From a virus (taxonomy: Duplodnaviria > Caudoviricetes), in IMG/VR virus record IMGVR_UViG_3300032244_000142, positions 1-58,301 of that record: a stretch of 58,301 bases of DNA. The stretch is one strand, 5' to 3'. Shown piece by piece: positions 34,158 through 46,600 of the stretch. The position numbers were made by a program, and so were the translations under genes. The notes beneath the pieces were generated by a model. The model ran no database searches. It was not told where the DNA came from and saw only the letters and a program-made list of their open reading frames with translations. Each line of letters starts with the position of its first letter. Position 1 is the stretch's first letter.

Positions 34158-34179
34158 ATCAACTAAGGAATATTACCAC

Positions 34180-34365
34180 ATGACGAATCACGATAATTTA
34201 TTAAGCATCTTCGAAACTTATGTATCAGAGAATCAAAAGTTTGAAGAAAAAGGAAACAAAGCTGCTGGTACAAGAGCAAGAAAAGCATTAGCCGAATTTT
34301 CAAAATTAGCAAAAGAGCGTAGAAAAGAGATTCAAGAATCGAAAGTTGTGGAAAAAGTAACATAA
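34180..34365 (+). CDS. Hc1-like (histone H1-like) small basic protein
   Basis: SD AAGGA; KFEEKGNKAAGTRARKALAE..KLAKERRKEIQE. Confidence 0.8.
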   Translation: MTNHDNLLSIFETYVSENQKFEEKGNKAAGTRARKALAEFSKLAKERRKEIQESKVVEKVT

Positions 34366-34368
34366 ATA
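34361..34368 (+). promoter_or_regulatory. late-promoter-like element upstream of gp25
   Basis: CATAAATA. Confidence 0.5.
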
Positions 34369-34374
34369 TGACAT

Positions 34375-34758
34375 ATGGCTACTATAACTTTTTTTAAAGA
34401 TTTACCATTAGATTTTATTCCACATCCTGTGAGTGGAGACATTCGCCCTATCATAAATGAGGCAGCGATTCGTAGATCATTGTTGAATCTATTATTAACA
34501 AGAAAAGGTAACCGACCATTTTTTCCAGAATACGGAAGTACAGTTTTTAATTTTCTATTTGAACCAAATTCCGCATTCACTATACACAATATAAAAGAAA
34601 GCATATCAAGCACGATTAAAAGATTTGAGCCTAGAGTTACCTTGAGAAACGTTGATATTAAAATTGAAGATCATGGCATTACTATGAATTTGAGTTATAC
34701 GATTAATAATACTGGCTCAATTTCAACTTTAGAAACAACAATTTCAAGGTCAACGTAA
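34375..34758 (+). CDS. gp25: baseplate wedge subunit gp25
   Basis: FKDL.LDF..HPVSGD, AIRRSL.NL..T..G.RPF.P.YG, FEPRV. Confidence 0.93.
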   Translation: MATITFFKDLPLDFIPHPVSGDIRPIINEAAIRRSLLNLLLTRKGNRPFFPEYGSTVFNFLFEPNSAFTIHNIKESISSTIKRFEPRVTLRNVDIKIEDHGITMNLSYTINNTGSISTLETTISRST

Positions 34759-34759
34759 A

Positions 34760-36574
34760 ATGGCTGCAGATAATAATCTAAAATTAGATGAATTGGATTT
34801 TAATGGAATCAAAAGCAATTTCATTAATTATCTAAGAAATCAAGACGAATTTAGAGACTATAATTTTGATGGCTCTGGAATTAGTGTTTTGCTAGATTTA
34901 TTAGCATATAACACATATTACAATTCATTCTATTTAAATATGGTTGCATCGGAAGCATTTCTTTCGACAGCACAAAAAAGAAACTCAGTTGTCAATTTAG
35001 CAAAGTCATTAAACTATACTCCAAGATCAACAACAGCAGCTTCAATTTCTGGAAATATTACAGCAAGCGTTACTGGAAGTCCAGCATTTGTTACTATTCC
35101 AGCATATACAACATTTTCAGGATCAATTGACGGAAAGACATATACATTTTTAAATACAGATTCCGTAATTGTTTATTCTAGTGAAGGATATACGGGAACA
35201 ATCAATCTCGTTGAAGGTAATTTATTGACAAGAAGATATACTGTCAATTCTTCCGATAAACAACAAAGATTTTTAATTCCAAACTACAACGTAGACACAA
35301 CAACTTTAGCAGTTAGAGTTTTAAATTCTTCAACAGATAGTACATCAAGAACATTTATTAGTCCAGATAATTTAGTTGAAGTCAATTCAACATCTAAAGT
35401 TTTCTTTTTGGAAGAAGTTGAAGATGGGCAATTTGAAATAAAATTTGGAGATGGAACATTTGGAGTATTGTTGGATAATGGCAATATAGTAGTTCTAGAA
35501 TATATTATTACTAATGGTTCTGCTGCAAATGATATTCAAAAACTTTCTTATTCTGGATCAATTGTTGGGATAACTGCAATTGCATTTACTTCTACAAATC
35601 CTGCTGCTGGCGGAAATGTGAGAGAATCTGTCACAAGTATTAAATTCAACGCACCTAAAGCATATGAAGCACAAAATAGAGCAATCACAGCAGATGATTA
35701 TAAAGCATTACTTTTAAAACAAAGTTCTGTTGATTCTGTTGTTGTGTGGGGTGGAGAGGATAATGATCCTCCATACTATGGAAAAGTATTTATTGCTATA
35801 AAGCCAGTCATTGGAAGTGTTCTAACTGCTACAGAAAAATTTAATTTAATTAATTCAATTATTTCTCCAAAGAAAATTCTAACAGTTACCACAGAAATTG
35901 TCGATCCAGAATACATCTATATCATTTTAAATTCATTAGTCAAATATGACTCAGATTCTACTAATTTAAGCGAGAATGACATAAAAACGATTGTAACTAC
36001 AACAATTCAAAATTATAATACTAGTGATATTAATCAGTTTTCAAAATACTTTAGATACTCAAAACTATCTAGACTGATTGACACTAGCGAAAGGTCGATT
36101 TTAAGTAATATCACTACAATGAGCATTAGAAAAGAACTTGATGTTCAATTGGGAATTGGAACGAGATATGAAATCAATTTCTCTAATGAACTAGACAATA
36201 CTACAGAATTGAGAACTGTAACACATCCATATGGTGCAGGAAATAAACTATCTTCAAACGAATTCTCTTATGGTGGATATGCGAATTGTTTTCTAGAAGA
36301 TAATGCTGGATTGATAAGAATTTATAGAATTTCTGGACTTACTAACGTGGGTGTTCAAAATAATATTGGAACAATCAACTATGTTACTGGAAAAATCATA
36401 TTAACTAATTTTGCTCCTACAGCTTTTGCTGATGGTGGTACAACTTTAAAATTAACTGCAATTCCTGCAAGTAAAGACGTTCTTCCTTTAAGAAATCAAA
36501 TCATTACAATTCGTGATGAAGATATTAACGTAACAATGATTGACGATAAGACAATAAGTTTAGTCAATAGATAA
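34760..36574 (+). CDS. gp6: baseplate wedge subunit gp6
   Basis: LDFNGIK, DYNFDGSG, LLAYNTYYN, FGDG, QNRAITADDY, WGGEDNDPP.YGKVF. Confidence 0.95.
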   Translation: MAADNNLKLDELDFNGIKSNFINYLRNQDEFRDYNFDGSGISVLLDLLAYNTYYNSFYLNMVASEAFLSTAQKRNSVVNLAKSLNYTPRSTTAASISGNITASVTGSPAFVTIPAYTTFSGSIDGKTYTFLNTDSVIVYSSEGYTGTINLVEGNLLTRRYTVNSSDKQQRFLIPNYNVDTTTLAVRVLNSSTDSTSRTFISPDNLVEVNSTSKVFFLEEVEDGQFEIKFGDGTFGVLLDNGNIVVLEYIITNGSAANDIQKLSYSGSIVGITAIAFTSTNPAAGGNVRESVTSIKFNAPKAYEAQNRAITADDYKALLLKQSSVDSVVVWGGEDNDPPYYGKVFIAIKPVIGSVLTATEKFNLINSIISPKKILTVTTEIVDPEYIYIILNSLVKYDSDSTNLSENDIKTIVTTTIQNYNTSDINQFSKYFRYSKLSRLIDTSERSILSNITTMSIRKELDVQLGIGTRYEINFSNELDNTTELRTVTHPYGAGNKLSSNEFSYGGYANCFLEDNAGLIRIYRISGLTNVGVQNNIGTINYVTGKIILTNFAPTAFADGGTTLKLTAIPASKDVLPLRNQIITIRDEDINVTMIDDKTISLVNR

Positions 36575-36576
36575 AA

Positions 36577-39279
36577 ATGAACGATGTATTTTTTAAACCT
36601 TCATTGGGAATTAATTCCCTCATTAATGAAAATAGTTCTATAGATTTAGAGAGATTTCAACTTTTTCTAGAAGCATATTATGAGTGGTTACAGACAGCCA
36701 CAATAACATTAAATACTATAGTCGGAACATTTGTAGTTGATGAAACTATTATTGGTAGTAATAGTGGCGCTATCGGAAAAATAATTCAAATAACATCCAC
36801 AACACTAATTGTAAAAATTATAAGTGAAAGAAAAGTATTTGATCGGTACGAAACAATTACTGGACAAACATCCAATGCAACTTCTACAATAAATTTAATT
36901 AAAGATAATATAGTAAGAGCATCAGGTAATGTTTTAAACTATAAGAATATAGAAACATCTATCGATAAGTATGTTTTATATTTGAAAGATGAATTATATC
37001 CAAGTCTTCCAGCTACTTATTATGGCGACAAGCGTTTAATTGCAAAATATTTTAAAGATTTTTTTCAATCCAAAGGGACTGAACAATCTTATAGATTTTT
37101 GTTTAGACTTTTATATGATCAAGAAATTGAATTTTATTATCCGGGCCAAGACATTCTTCGCGTTTCTGATGGTAATTTTGAAAAAACTCAAGTAATAAGA
37201 ACAAATTCTATCGCATTCGGATATGATTCGGAAAATAATTCTTATAATAGAGATATCTTTTTATTTTTAAATAAAACAATTGTTGGAGCAACAACAGGTT
37301 CTCTTGCTAACGTTGTTGATATTAAAAAGTTTTTTATTGGATCGACTGAAGTTGCTGAAATGACACTCAAATTGGTGAGTGGTACATTTAATGCGGGAGA
37401 AATAATTTCAACAACGGATGATACAAATTTATTTGCCACTATCTATGGTATTGTTTCGGGATTTAATATCATTGATGGTGGTTCTGGTTATCAAGTAGAA
37501 AATCCAATAACAATTACTGGAGATGGATATTCTGCAGAAGCTGTGGTGTCTTCAATTAAACAATCTCCAATTAATGCATTAAAAGTAAATACTATTGGAC
37601 ATGGATATAGACTAGGCACTACAGCATATGTTGATAATTCTGGTACTGGTGGTTCTGGATTAATTGTTCAAGTAACAGAACTAGCAAATACTTATACAGC
37701 TACTATTGGCGCAAACACATATACTCTTGGTGAAATCTCAAAAGTATCTATTATCAATCGTGGATCTAATTATTATAAAAATCCATCAATAACTTTACAA
37801 GATTCTTTAGTTTCTACTGCTGGTCTTTTGACGGATAAATTGATTAGTATTTCTAACGCTGGAATAAACTATGGTGTGGGAAATACATTAATTTTCACTG
37901 GTGGATCTGGAACTAGCGCTGCTGGTATTGTCGCATCAGTAACAGAAAGCACAACGTTCGATCTTCTATTTGAAGATGGCTTTCAAATGAAATCTGATGG
38001 AGGTTATTATGATATTATTAAAAATGAAGATTGGAGCGTAACGGGTTCTATCAAAAGATTAGAATTAACAAATTTTGGTACTGGATATACTTCATCTGGT
38101 CTACCAACTATATCTGTTTCGACTACGACGGGCGCAAATGCAAACCTAATCATAACTGGAATTCAAGGTACGAGTGCAAACGTTACTGTTGATTCTGCAA
38201 ATAATGCAACCGGTATCGGATCTATTCGTTCTATTAGAATCAAAAATTTTGGTGTAAACTATACAAGCGCAAGTGCGAATGTTTTAACTGTAGGCGATGG
38301 AAATGCAAATTTAATTCCAATTGTTTCTGGTCTAGGAATAAAAGACGGCGATTGGATAAATGATGATGGCAAAATTGACTATAAGATTATTCAAGATTCA
38401 TATTACTATCAAGACTATTCTTACGTCATTAAAAGTGGATTAACTTTTGCTGAATATTCATCTACACTAAAGAAAATTATACATCCTGCAGGATTGCAAC
38501 TATTTGGCGAGATTCAAATTCTCAACAATATCAATGTTGAAGCATTCGTTTTATCTGATGTTGGACGAATTAGTAGTTCTGTTAGACAAATTCTTTATTT
38601 TCTTTCAGTTGCAGTGACAGATCCAGCAATACCAAGTTCATATGGTTTGTTATTTTATCCAACCGATACAAAAGATCTAACAATAAATGTCCAAGATGGT
38701 AAATACTCCATAATAATTGCAAATACATTTTCTGGAGATGTAACTAAATCTGCTTTCATTACCACTATTGAAACACCAAAATCAATAGCAAATTCGGAAG
38801 TATATAGTAGTAGCATCAATAAATTTATTATTGAACATAAAACTGAAATTTCTGAGGATATTTTATACGACGATCTTCAAATATCAGTATATGACAATAG
38901 TCCAATAAGCGTAATCGAAGAAATAGAATTCGATGATATCTACGCTTATGGACTTAATGTTATAAATGAAACAACAAAATATAATAAAATTGTTGGAACA
39001 GTTTCATCAGCAAATACAACTATTGCAAATTTCACAACTAGTTCTTTTGCTAATACTCCAATTTCTGTTATATCTAGTATTGCATTTAATCAAAATGAAT
39101 CTGCTATTGTTGGAACAGGAACTACATTTTTAACTGACTTTGCTTATGGAAATAGATTATTAGCAAATAATGAAATTTTTTCAGTTTTCGCAGTAGCAAA
39201 TAATACAACAATGCTTGTTGATAAATTTCCAACAAGTTCATTTAGTGGTGTTATCGCATATAAAGGTGTATTTGTATAG
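36577..39279 (+). CDS. baseplate wedge protein (gp7-like)
   Basis: FLEAYYEW, SKGTEQSY.FLFR.LY, IQDSYYYQDYSYVIKS, HPAG; located between gp6 and gp8. Confidence 0.75.
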   Translation: MNDVFFKPSLGINSLINENSSIDLERFQLFLEAYYEWLQTATITLNTIVGTFVVDETIIGSNSGAIGKIIQITSTTLIVKIISERKVFDRYETITGQTSNATSTINLIKDNIVRASGNVLNYKNIETSIDKYVLYLKDELYPSLPATYYGDKRLIAKYFKDFFQSKGTEQSYRFLFRLLYDQEIEFYYPGQDILRVSDGNFEKTQVIRTNSIAFGYDSENNSYNRDIFLFLNKTIVGATTGSLANVVDIKKFFIGSTEVAEMTLKLVSGTFNAGEIISTTDDTNLFATIYGIVSGFNIIDGGSGYQVENPITITGDGYSAEAVVSSIKQSPINALKVNTIGHGYRLGTTAYVDNSGTGGSGLIVQVTELANTYTATIGANTYTLGEISKVSIINRGSNYYKNPSITLQDSLVSTAGLLTDKLISISNAGINYGVGNTLIFTGGSGTSAAGIVASVTESTTFDLLFEDGFQMKSDGGYYDIIKNEDWSVTGSIKRLELTNFGTGYTSSGLPTISVSTTTGANANLIITGIQGTSANVTVDSANNATGIGSIRSIRIKNFGVNYTSASANVLTVGDGNANLIPIVSGLGIKDGDWINDDGKIDYKIIQDSYYYQDYSYVIKSGLTFAEYSSTLKKIIHPAGLQLFGEIQILNNINVEAFVLSDVGRISSSVRQILYFLSVAVTDPAIPSSYGLLFYPTDTKDLTINVQDGKYSIIIANTFSGDVTKSAFITTIETPKSIANSEVYSSSINKFIIEHKTEISEDILYDDLQISVYDNSPISVIEEIEFDDIYAYGLNVINETTKYNKIVGTVSSANTTIANFTTSSFANTPISVISSIAFNQNESAIVGTGTTFLTDFAYGNRLLANNEIFSVFAVANNTTMLVDKFPTSSFSGVIAYKGVFV

Positions 39280-39348
39280 AAATGTAAATAGTGATATTCT
39301 ATAATCATAGAATTTTGACCTCAAGCATAGAGAATGTACAACTTTTTT

Positions 39349-39356
39349 TATAAATA
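39349..39356 (+). promoter_or_regulatory. T4-type late promoter
   Basis: TATAAATA. Confidence 0.75.
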
Positions 39357-39387
39357 AATAAAATTATCCAAATTGGAGATAAATTAA

Positions 39388-40665
39388 ATGCCGTCACTTG
39401 TAACTAGTAAATTTAGAGTTCATAACGCAGAACAGTTTGTTGAATCGTTTTCAGAAGCATCGAATACAATTATGTATTTGTTTGTTGGAAAAAACACAGC
39501 ATTCCCGAACGACAATTCTCCACCAACTCCAGTAAATTCTACTGCAAACGTAGAACTTACTCCATGGAGAGATATGTTTGGAGCAAAGAGAGTGACAAGT
39601 TCTGATGTTACTCATGCAATTCCTAGATATGACTGGACTTCTAGCACAGTCTATGCTTATTATGATGATCAAGATACAAATCTTATTGAATCAGACAATT
39701 TCTATGTTATTACTGATGAATATAATGTTTATAAATGTCTTTGGAATGCTAATGGTGGAGCATCTACAACAAAGCCGACAGGAACAAGCACATCTCCATT
39801 TACTGCAGCTGATGGATACATTTGGAAATTCATGTACGCATTAACAACGGCCAAGGCTATCAAATTTTTGACAACATCTTACATTCCAGTCCAAACATTG
39901 GCTTCAGATGATGGCACAGACCAGTGGGATGTTCAAGCGGCCGCAGTTGACGGTGGTATTCACGTTATCAAAGTAACAGCGGGCGGTTCTGGTTATGCTA
40001 CAGCGCCAGCAGTTACAATTATTGGCGATGGTACTGGTGCAACAGCTAACTCCACAATTACTGCTAACGTAGTTACATCAGTTACAATTACATCGACTGG
40101 TACAGGATATACAAGAGCATCCGTAGCATTCGGATCCGGAGCAGCAACAGCAACAGCAATCATTTCGCCAAGGGGTGGTCACGGATCAAATGCAGTGGAA
40201 GAGTTAGGCGGTAAGTATGTAATGCTTAATGTTCGTTTAGATGGAACAGAATCGAACACAATCACAACTTCGAATGAATTTAGACAAGTTGGTCTTGTTC
40301 GTGATCCATATCTATATGGAACAACTACTCGCGCTGTTGCATCTTCGTTTAGACAAACATTTAGATATACCCTATCTGGTGCTTCAGGAACGTTTAACTC
40401 AGATGAAACTGTAACTAGTGGATCTAACACAGCATCTTTAGTTGAATACACAGCTCCAAATTTGTTCACAACATTACCACTTAACTTGCCGTTTGCCAAT
40501 GGTGCAAGCATTTCTTGTACTGGTGGTGCGACAGGAACAGTTGCTGCAATTTCCACCCCAGGACTTCAACCTTACACGGGTGATATTATCTATGTTGAAA
40601 ATAGAGTTCCTATTTCTAGGGCATCAGATCAAATTGAAGATATTAAACTAATTATTCAGTTCTAA
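39388..40665 (+). CDS. gp8: baseplate wedge subunit gp8
   Basis: FR..NA..F, IPRYDW, YNVYKCL.N, DGYIWKFMY, GHGSNAVEELG, Q.EDIKLIIQF. Confidence 0.92.
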   Translation: MPSLVTSKFRVHNAEQFVESFSEASNTIMYLFVGKNTAFPNDNSPPTPVNSTANVELTPWRDMFGAKRVTSSDVTHAIPRYDWTSSTVYAYYDDQDTNLIESDNFYVITDEYNVYKCLWNANGGASTTKPTGTSTSPFTAADGYIWKFMYALTTAKAIKFLTTSYIPVQTLASDDGTDQWDVQAAAVDGGIHVIKVTAGGSGYATAPAVTIIGDGTGATANSTITANVVTSVTITSTGTGYTRASVAFGSGAATATAIISPRGGHGSNAVEELGGKYVMLNVRLDGTESNTITTSNEFRQVGLVRDPYLYGTTTRAVASSFRQTFRYTLSGASGTFNSDETVTSGSNTASLVEYTAPNLFTTLPLNLPFANGASISCTGGATGTVAAISTPGLQPYTGDIIYVENRVPISRASDQIEDIKLIIQF

Positions 40666-40678
40666 TTTAAGATATAAA

Positions 40679-43600
40679 ATGGCTAATACTAATCCAGGCG
40701 GCATTGACTTTAATACCAGTCCATATTTTGATGATTATGATGAGGACAAAAAGTTTGCAAGAATTCTCTATAGACCTGGTCGTGCAGTCCAAGCTAGAGA
40801 ACTTACACAAGCACAAACTCTTCAACAAGTTCAGACAAAGCGTTTTGCTGAATACTTTTTCAAACAAGGCGCATTAGTTGATGGATGTGAACAAAATTTA
40901 GATTTAAGAACAAGTTTTGTAAAACTTCAAAGTTTTTACAATGGTTCTGCAGTTGATGTTGAAAACTTTAGTAGAACTGTAGTTTATGGTGCAAATAGTG
41001 GTATTAAAGCATATTGTGGATTAGTCTCTGATATTGAAGGCAATGATCCAAAAACTTTATTTGTTAGCTATGCTACAAATGGAACTCAAGTTCTTACTGT
41101 AAACGTTGCTCCGTCTACACTCCAAGTTGGAAACAATATAACATTTTCGACAGGTAATACCGGAACAATTGAAGCGTGGTATACAGATCCTATTACTGGT
41201 ACGAATAAAATCTTTGTTTCAAACACTTCAGGAATTTTATCTGTAACGACAGCAAACACCACACTTAGCACTGGAAGCACTCAAGTGCTCAATGTTACTG
41301 CCGTAACTAATTATACTGCAAATACTAAGTTTGACAACTCAGAGACAATTTTCACATCAAACGTAATTAGTAGATCATATGCAAGTGCTGCATTAACAAA
41401 TGCTACAAGAAATATTGTTGATGAGGGTCTTGCAACACAACAAATTTACGAATATGGTTCTAAGATTACGATTTCTGAAGGTGTTGTTTACGTTGCAGAT
41501 CATTTTGTTAAGAATTCGACACAAACAATCATTCTAGACAAATATACAAATGATCCATCTTATAAAGTTGGTTTAGTTCCTGTAAAATCATTTGTTGATT
41601 ATATTTCAGATCAATCACTTGTTGATAATGCACAAGGAACTCCAAACTATCAAGCACCAGGAGCAGATAGATTAAAAATTGATACGTTATTAACTAAAGT
41701 TGCTTTAGATGCAACTACAGATGAAAATGAATTCATAACAGTTGTAGAAATTGATAATGGCATTGCTAGAAAAAGAAAAACGATTAGTGTCGATAGTAAA
41801 CTAGAAGACGTTTTATCGCAGCGCACACAAGAAGAATCTGGCAATTACACTCTATCAGATCCTATTGTGACAGCTAGAGAACATTTATTAAATGGTAACA
41901 ATGGTGGGAGATATACTTCTGCAGAAGGTGGAAACACTAATTTACTTTTAATTGAAGTTGATCCATTTACATCCTATGTGTCTGGATATAGAAACCAAAT
42001 TATTGCAAAGACTCCAGTTGAAGTAGAAAAGGGTCTTAGCACATCTTATGTTCAGCAAACTAAAACTCAAATTAACTACGGACAATATATTGAAGTTAAA
42101 GAATTGTCTGGTGCATGGGATATCATGGAATCAAAAACAGTTGATTTATATGATACTGCACAACAAGTAATTACAAAATTAGCACATTCTACAGCAACTG
42201 TTGTTGGAACTAAAATTGGTACAGCAAGAGTTCGTTCTATTGAATATTTAAGTGGTAATAAAGGCACATCTGATGCAAGATATTACTTGTATCTATACGA
42301 AATCACAATGAATTCTGGAAAGAATTTTTCAGAGGTTCGTTCTGTTTATGATTCCACAACTCCAAAACGTTTTGCTGATATTGTTCTAACTACCGCTGGC
42401 GCCGTGTTACAAGAAACATCATTTAACACAATGATATTCCCGTTGCCATATCAAGCAATTAAAACAATTAGGGATTCGTCACAAAACATTGAAACTTCTT
42501 TTAGATTTAAAAAGAAGTTTACAGTTTCGTTTTCGTCTGGTGTTGCTACTGTTGCAACGGATGTTGTTACAGAAACATTCATTGGTACTGGAACATTAAA
42601 TTCTACCCAGAAAAATGATTACTACATGCTCGTAGTCAATAATGCTGGTGCAAACGTAGAGACAACTGCATTATCTGGAACCGTAACAATTGGTGTTGGT
42701 TCTAATACCGTAACTGGATCTTCAACTTCATTTACTACTCAATTGAACGTCGGTGATTTAATTAAAGTTAATAGTTTAACGAGACAAATTGCATCTATTA
42801 CAAATGCAACTTCATTAATATTAACATCTACACATGCTACTGGATCAACGGCAAATACATTTACAAAAATAATTCCTGCTGGAGATGTTCTTTCGCTCTC
42901 GGATAATGGCGGAAAGGGTAGCACAAGAAGTGTGACCGTATCTTCTCCAGGAACAGCGTCTATTGATATTCAAGAAAATGCAACATTTACCGCAGACATT
43001 ATTGTTTCAATGGATCGTTCCAGTGCAAAAGAGAAAATTAAGACTTTAAGTTTTTCTTCACAAGCAAACATCAATCCAAATACGCATATTAATGGTATTT
43101 CTGGACCATTTGGTTTAGGTTATGGTGATATCTATCAATTGAGAGCAGTATATCAATCGTCTTCATTTGCTGTTGCAGCCACAACATCTAATACAGATGT
43201 AACTTCATTTTACACATTAGATAACGGACAACGTGATTATTCATATGAGCATGGAACAATTAAACCAGTTGCTGGTTATGTCCCTACGGGTAGATTATTA
43301 GCAGTTTTTGATAACTTCACTCACGATACATCTCAAGGTGTCGGATATTGTTCTATTGATTCATATCCAATCAATGATACAATAACATCAAATACAACAA
43401 TCAATACCTCAAATATTCCAAACTTTACAAGTCCAACAACTAAGACATTTTACAATTTGCGCGACTGTATTGACTTTAGACCAATTAAAACAGCAAATAC
43501 TTCATTGAATCCGATTGATGTTGGAACATATCAAGTCCCAACATTTGGACTTCGTATACCAGATTCTGGTTCAGATTTCGATGTTGATCTAATCTACTAC

Positions 43601-46600
43601 AAAGGTAGAGTTTCTAAAGTATACATTAATAATCGTGGCGTGTTTGGTATTAATGATGGCGTTCCCGTTCAAGCTGGAAATCAGAAAGCAGAATCTCCAC
43701 CGACAAAGCCAGACACATTAGAAATTGCTGAATTAATTATTCCTGCATATCCTTCTTCTCCGTCAGACGTTAAAATTAGATTGTTGAAAAACAAACGATT
43801 CACAATGCGTGATGTTGCCAAATTAAATGAAAGAGTTGAAAGATTAGAATATTTTACAGCACTAAGTTTCTTAGAAAAGCAAGCGACAGATACAATAGAA
43901 TTAGATGCTGATGGTTTTGATAGATTTAAAAATGGTATTCTTGTTGATCCATTTACTGGTTGGGCTGTTGCATCAACATCAATAGATGGTAAAGATTGTG
44001 CTATTGATAAGAAAAATAAATTTCTAACTTGTTTACAAGATAATTCAAATACTGTTGGTGTTCGTTATGTGAGTGCAACATCAACAACAACTTTAAATAG
44101 AGGTAACAAGATTATGTTACCGTTTATTGAAGTTGAATCGCCAGGATTAAAGCAACAATATGCTTCTAAGCAATTAAGACTTGCAGAAGAATTGAACTTT
44201 GTTTGGACTGGTGAATTGACTGCAGTTCCATTTACTGATAATTTCTTTGACACTGTAAATGATCCAACAAAGGCAGTTGTTTATAATGACGATCAAGGTG
44301 CAGATAACTGGAAAGCAATAGCAAGTGCTTGGAACACAGAAGTTGCTCCTTTAAATCAAAAGTGGCTTGGCGGAACACAACAGTCTACAATTGTTGCTGG
44401 AACAAATCAAACATCACGAGTTGGTAATTTAAATGTCACAACAGCAGTACAACAAAATACTCAAGTTGCATATAATCAATTAGCTGGTGGTAATCAAGTA
44501 ACATCATCTACACAAGATGTTAAATTTGATCGTGTTGTTCAAGTTGAAGTTGCATTGTGGATGCGTCAAAGAGAATTTGTCATTCAAGCTAGAGGTTTAA
44601 AAAATAATTCAAGAGTTTATGCATTCTTTGACGGAATTGATGTTACAGCAAATTGCTATCAAATCGAATTGATTGGTTCTTCTACTATACAAACATTAAA
44701 TTCTAAATTTGCTGCTAATGCAACAACTGGTCTTATTGAATTGGGTGATGAGAATGTTAGTTGGCGTGCAATTGCTGACGGAGCAAACACAGCACAACCA
44801 TTTACAGTTAAAAACAATCAAATTTATTTGTTGTTTCAGGTTCCAGCAAAGACTTTCTATACTGGACAACGTGAATTTAAAGTAACCGATAGTCCTACAA
44901 ATTCCGAAGGAACAACATTGACGAGTGCAAGAAATAATATCTTCGCACAAGGTATTATTCAAAGTACAGGTACTGTTACAATTAACTCTCGCCCATTTAA
45001 TGTTTCATTTAATAATACAAATAACATTACTAATTTGGGAAGAAAAGTTGTATCTACACAGCGCGTTGAAGTTTCAAGTGTTTCTATCCCACCTCCGCCC
45101 ATAAGGGCTACTGATCCACTGTCACAAAGTTTCTATGTTGATCCAGACACATATCCAAAAGGATTTTATTTAACATCTATTGATTTATACTTTAGAACAA
45201 AATCTCAAGATAACAATAGAAATGTTACTGTAGAACTTCGCGAACTTGAAAATGGATACCCATCACCACAATTTGTTAGTGATGGAGATCTTGCAATTGT
45301 CAACAATAAAGACATTTTAATTAGTGAAGATGCTACATTACCGACTAAATTTACATTTCAAAATCCAATTTATTTAAATTCTGGCAATGATTATTGCTTT
45401 GCTGTTAAGCCTGAAAATAATGATCCTGATGTTGCAATTTGGGTTGCTGAATTGGGCGCAATTGATGTGACCAATCCAAATAAACAAACAAGAATTGAAC
45501 AAGCATATAATAGCGGTCTATTATTTACATCATCTAATGATAGAACGTGGACGGCAAAACAAAATATTGATATGAAATTTACAATGAGAATTGCTGAATT
45601 TGATACTACTGCAAGATATGCTTATTGGAATAATATTCCAGTTTCAACAGCATTTGAATATGATGGGTTGACTCCAGCCATTAGCGATCAAGTTCTTCCA
45701 GGAACAGCCATCACATATGAATTAAAAACTGCAGATTCAACATATGCTGTAGATTCTGATTATACAACAATTAAAAATTATGAAAGATTAATTTCTCGTT
45801 CTAGAAAACAAATTTCTACAACTTCAGCAGAAACGACTAATGGATTTAAATCTTTACAATTGAGAGCAACACTATCTACAACAAATAAATATATTACTCC
45901 ATATATTGATGATGAAAATATTTTATTCCATTTTGATAAAAACATCATCAATAATGCATATCAAACAAGCGTTAGTGGAACTGTAACATACGGTTCTGCT
46001 AATAATATTGTTGTTGGTACAGGTACAAGTTTTACTACACAAGTGTTTCCTGGAGAATATGCAAAATTTGGAACACAATTCCGTAGAATTGCTTCGGTTT
46101 CAAATAATACATATTTGACCGTATCGACTAATTTTACTACAGCAAATTCTGCTAGTCAAACAATGACGATTCGTGAAGAAGAAAATCCTACAGGACCATA
46201 TTCATCACAATCTAGATACATAACAAAAGTCGTAACATTAAATGATGGATTTGAAGCTAGTGATTTGGTCGTTTATTTGGACGTCAATCGACCCCCAGGA
46301 ACTTCAATTAAAGTTTATTGCAAAATATTAAATGAAAATGACACAGATGCATTTGATGATAAATTTTATACTTCTATGTCTTTGGATGGGTATGAAACAT
46401 TTTCATTAAATTCTTCAGAATATAAAGAAGAAAAATATGTTATTCCAACATCTATAAAAACTGGCGGATCAACTTTATTGTCCGGTAACGTTGCAATTTC
46501 AAACGTAAGCACAACAGTAACGGGAACTTCAACAAGATTTATTCAAGATTTGAAAATTGGAGACACAATTGCTGTTGGAAATAATAGAGAACAAAAAATT

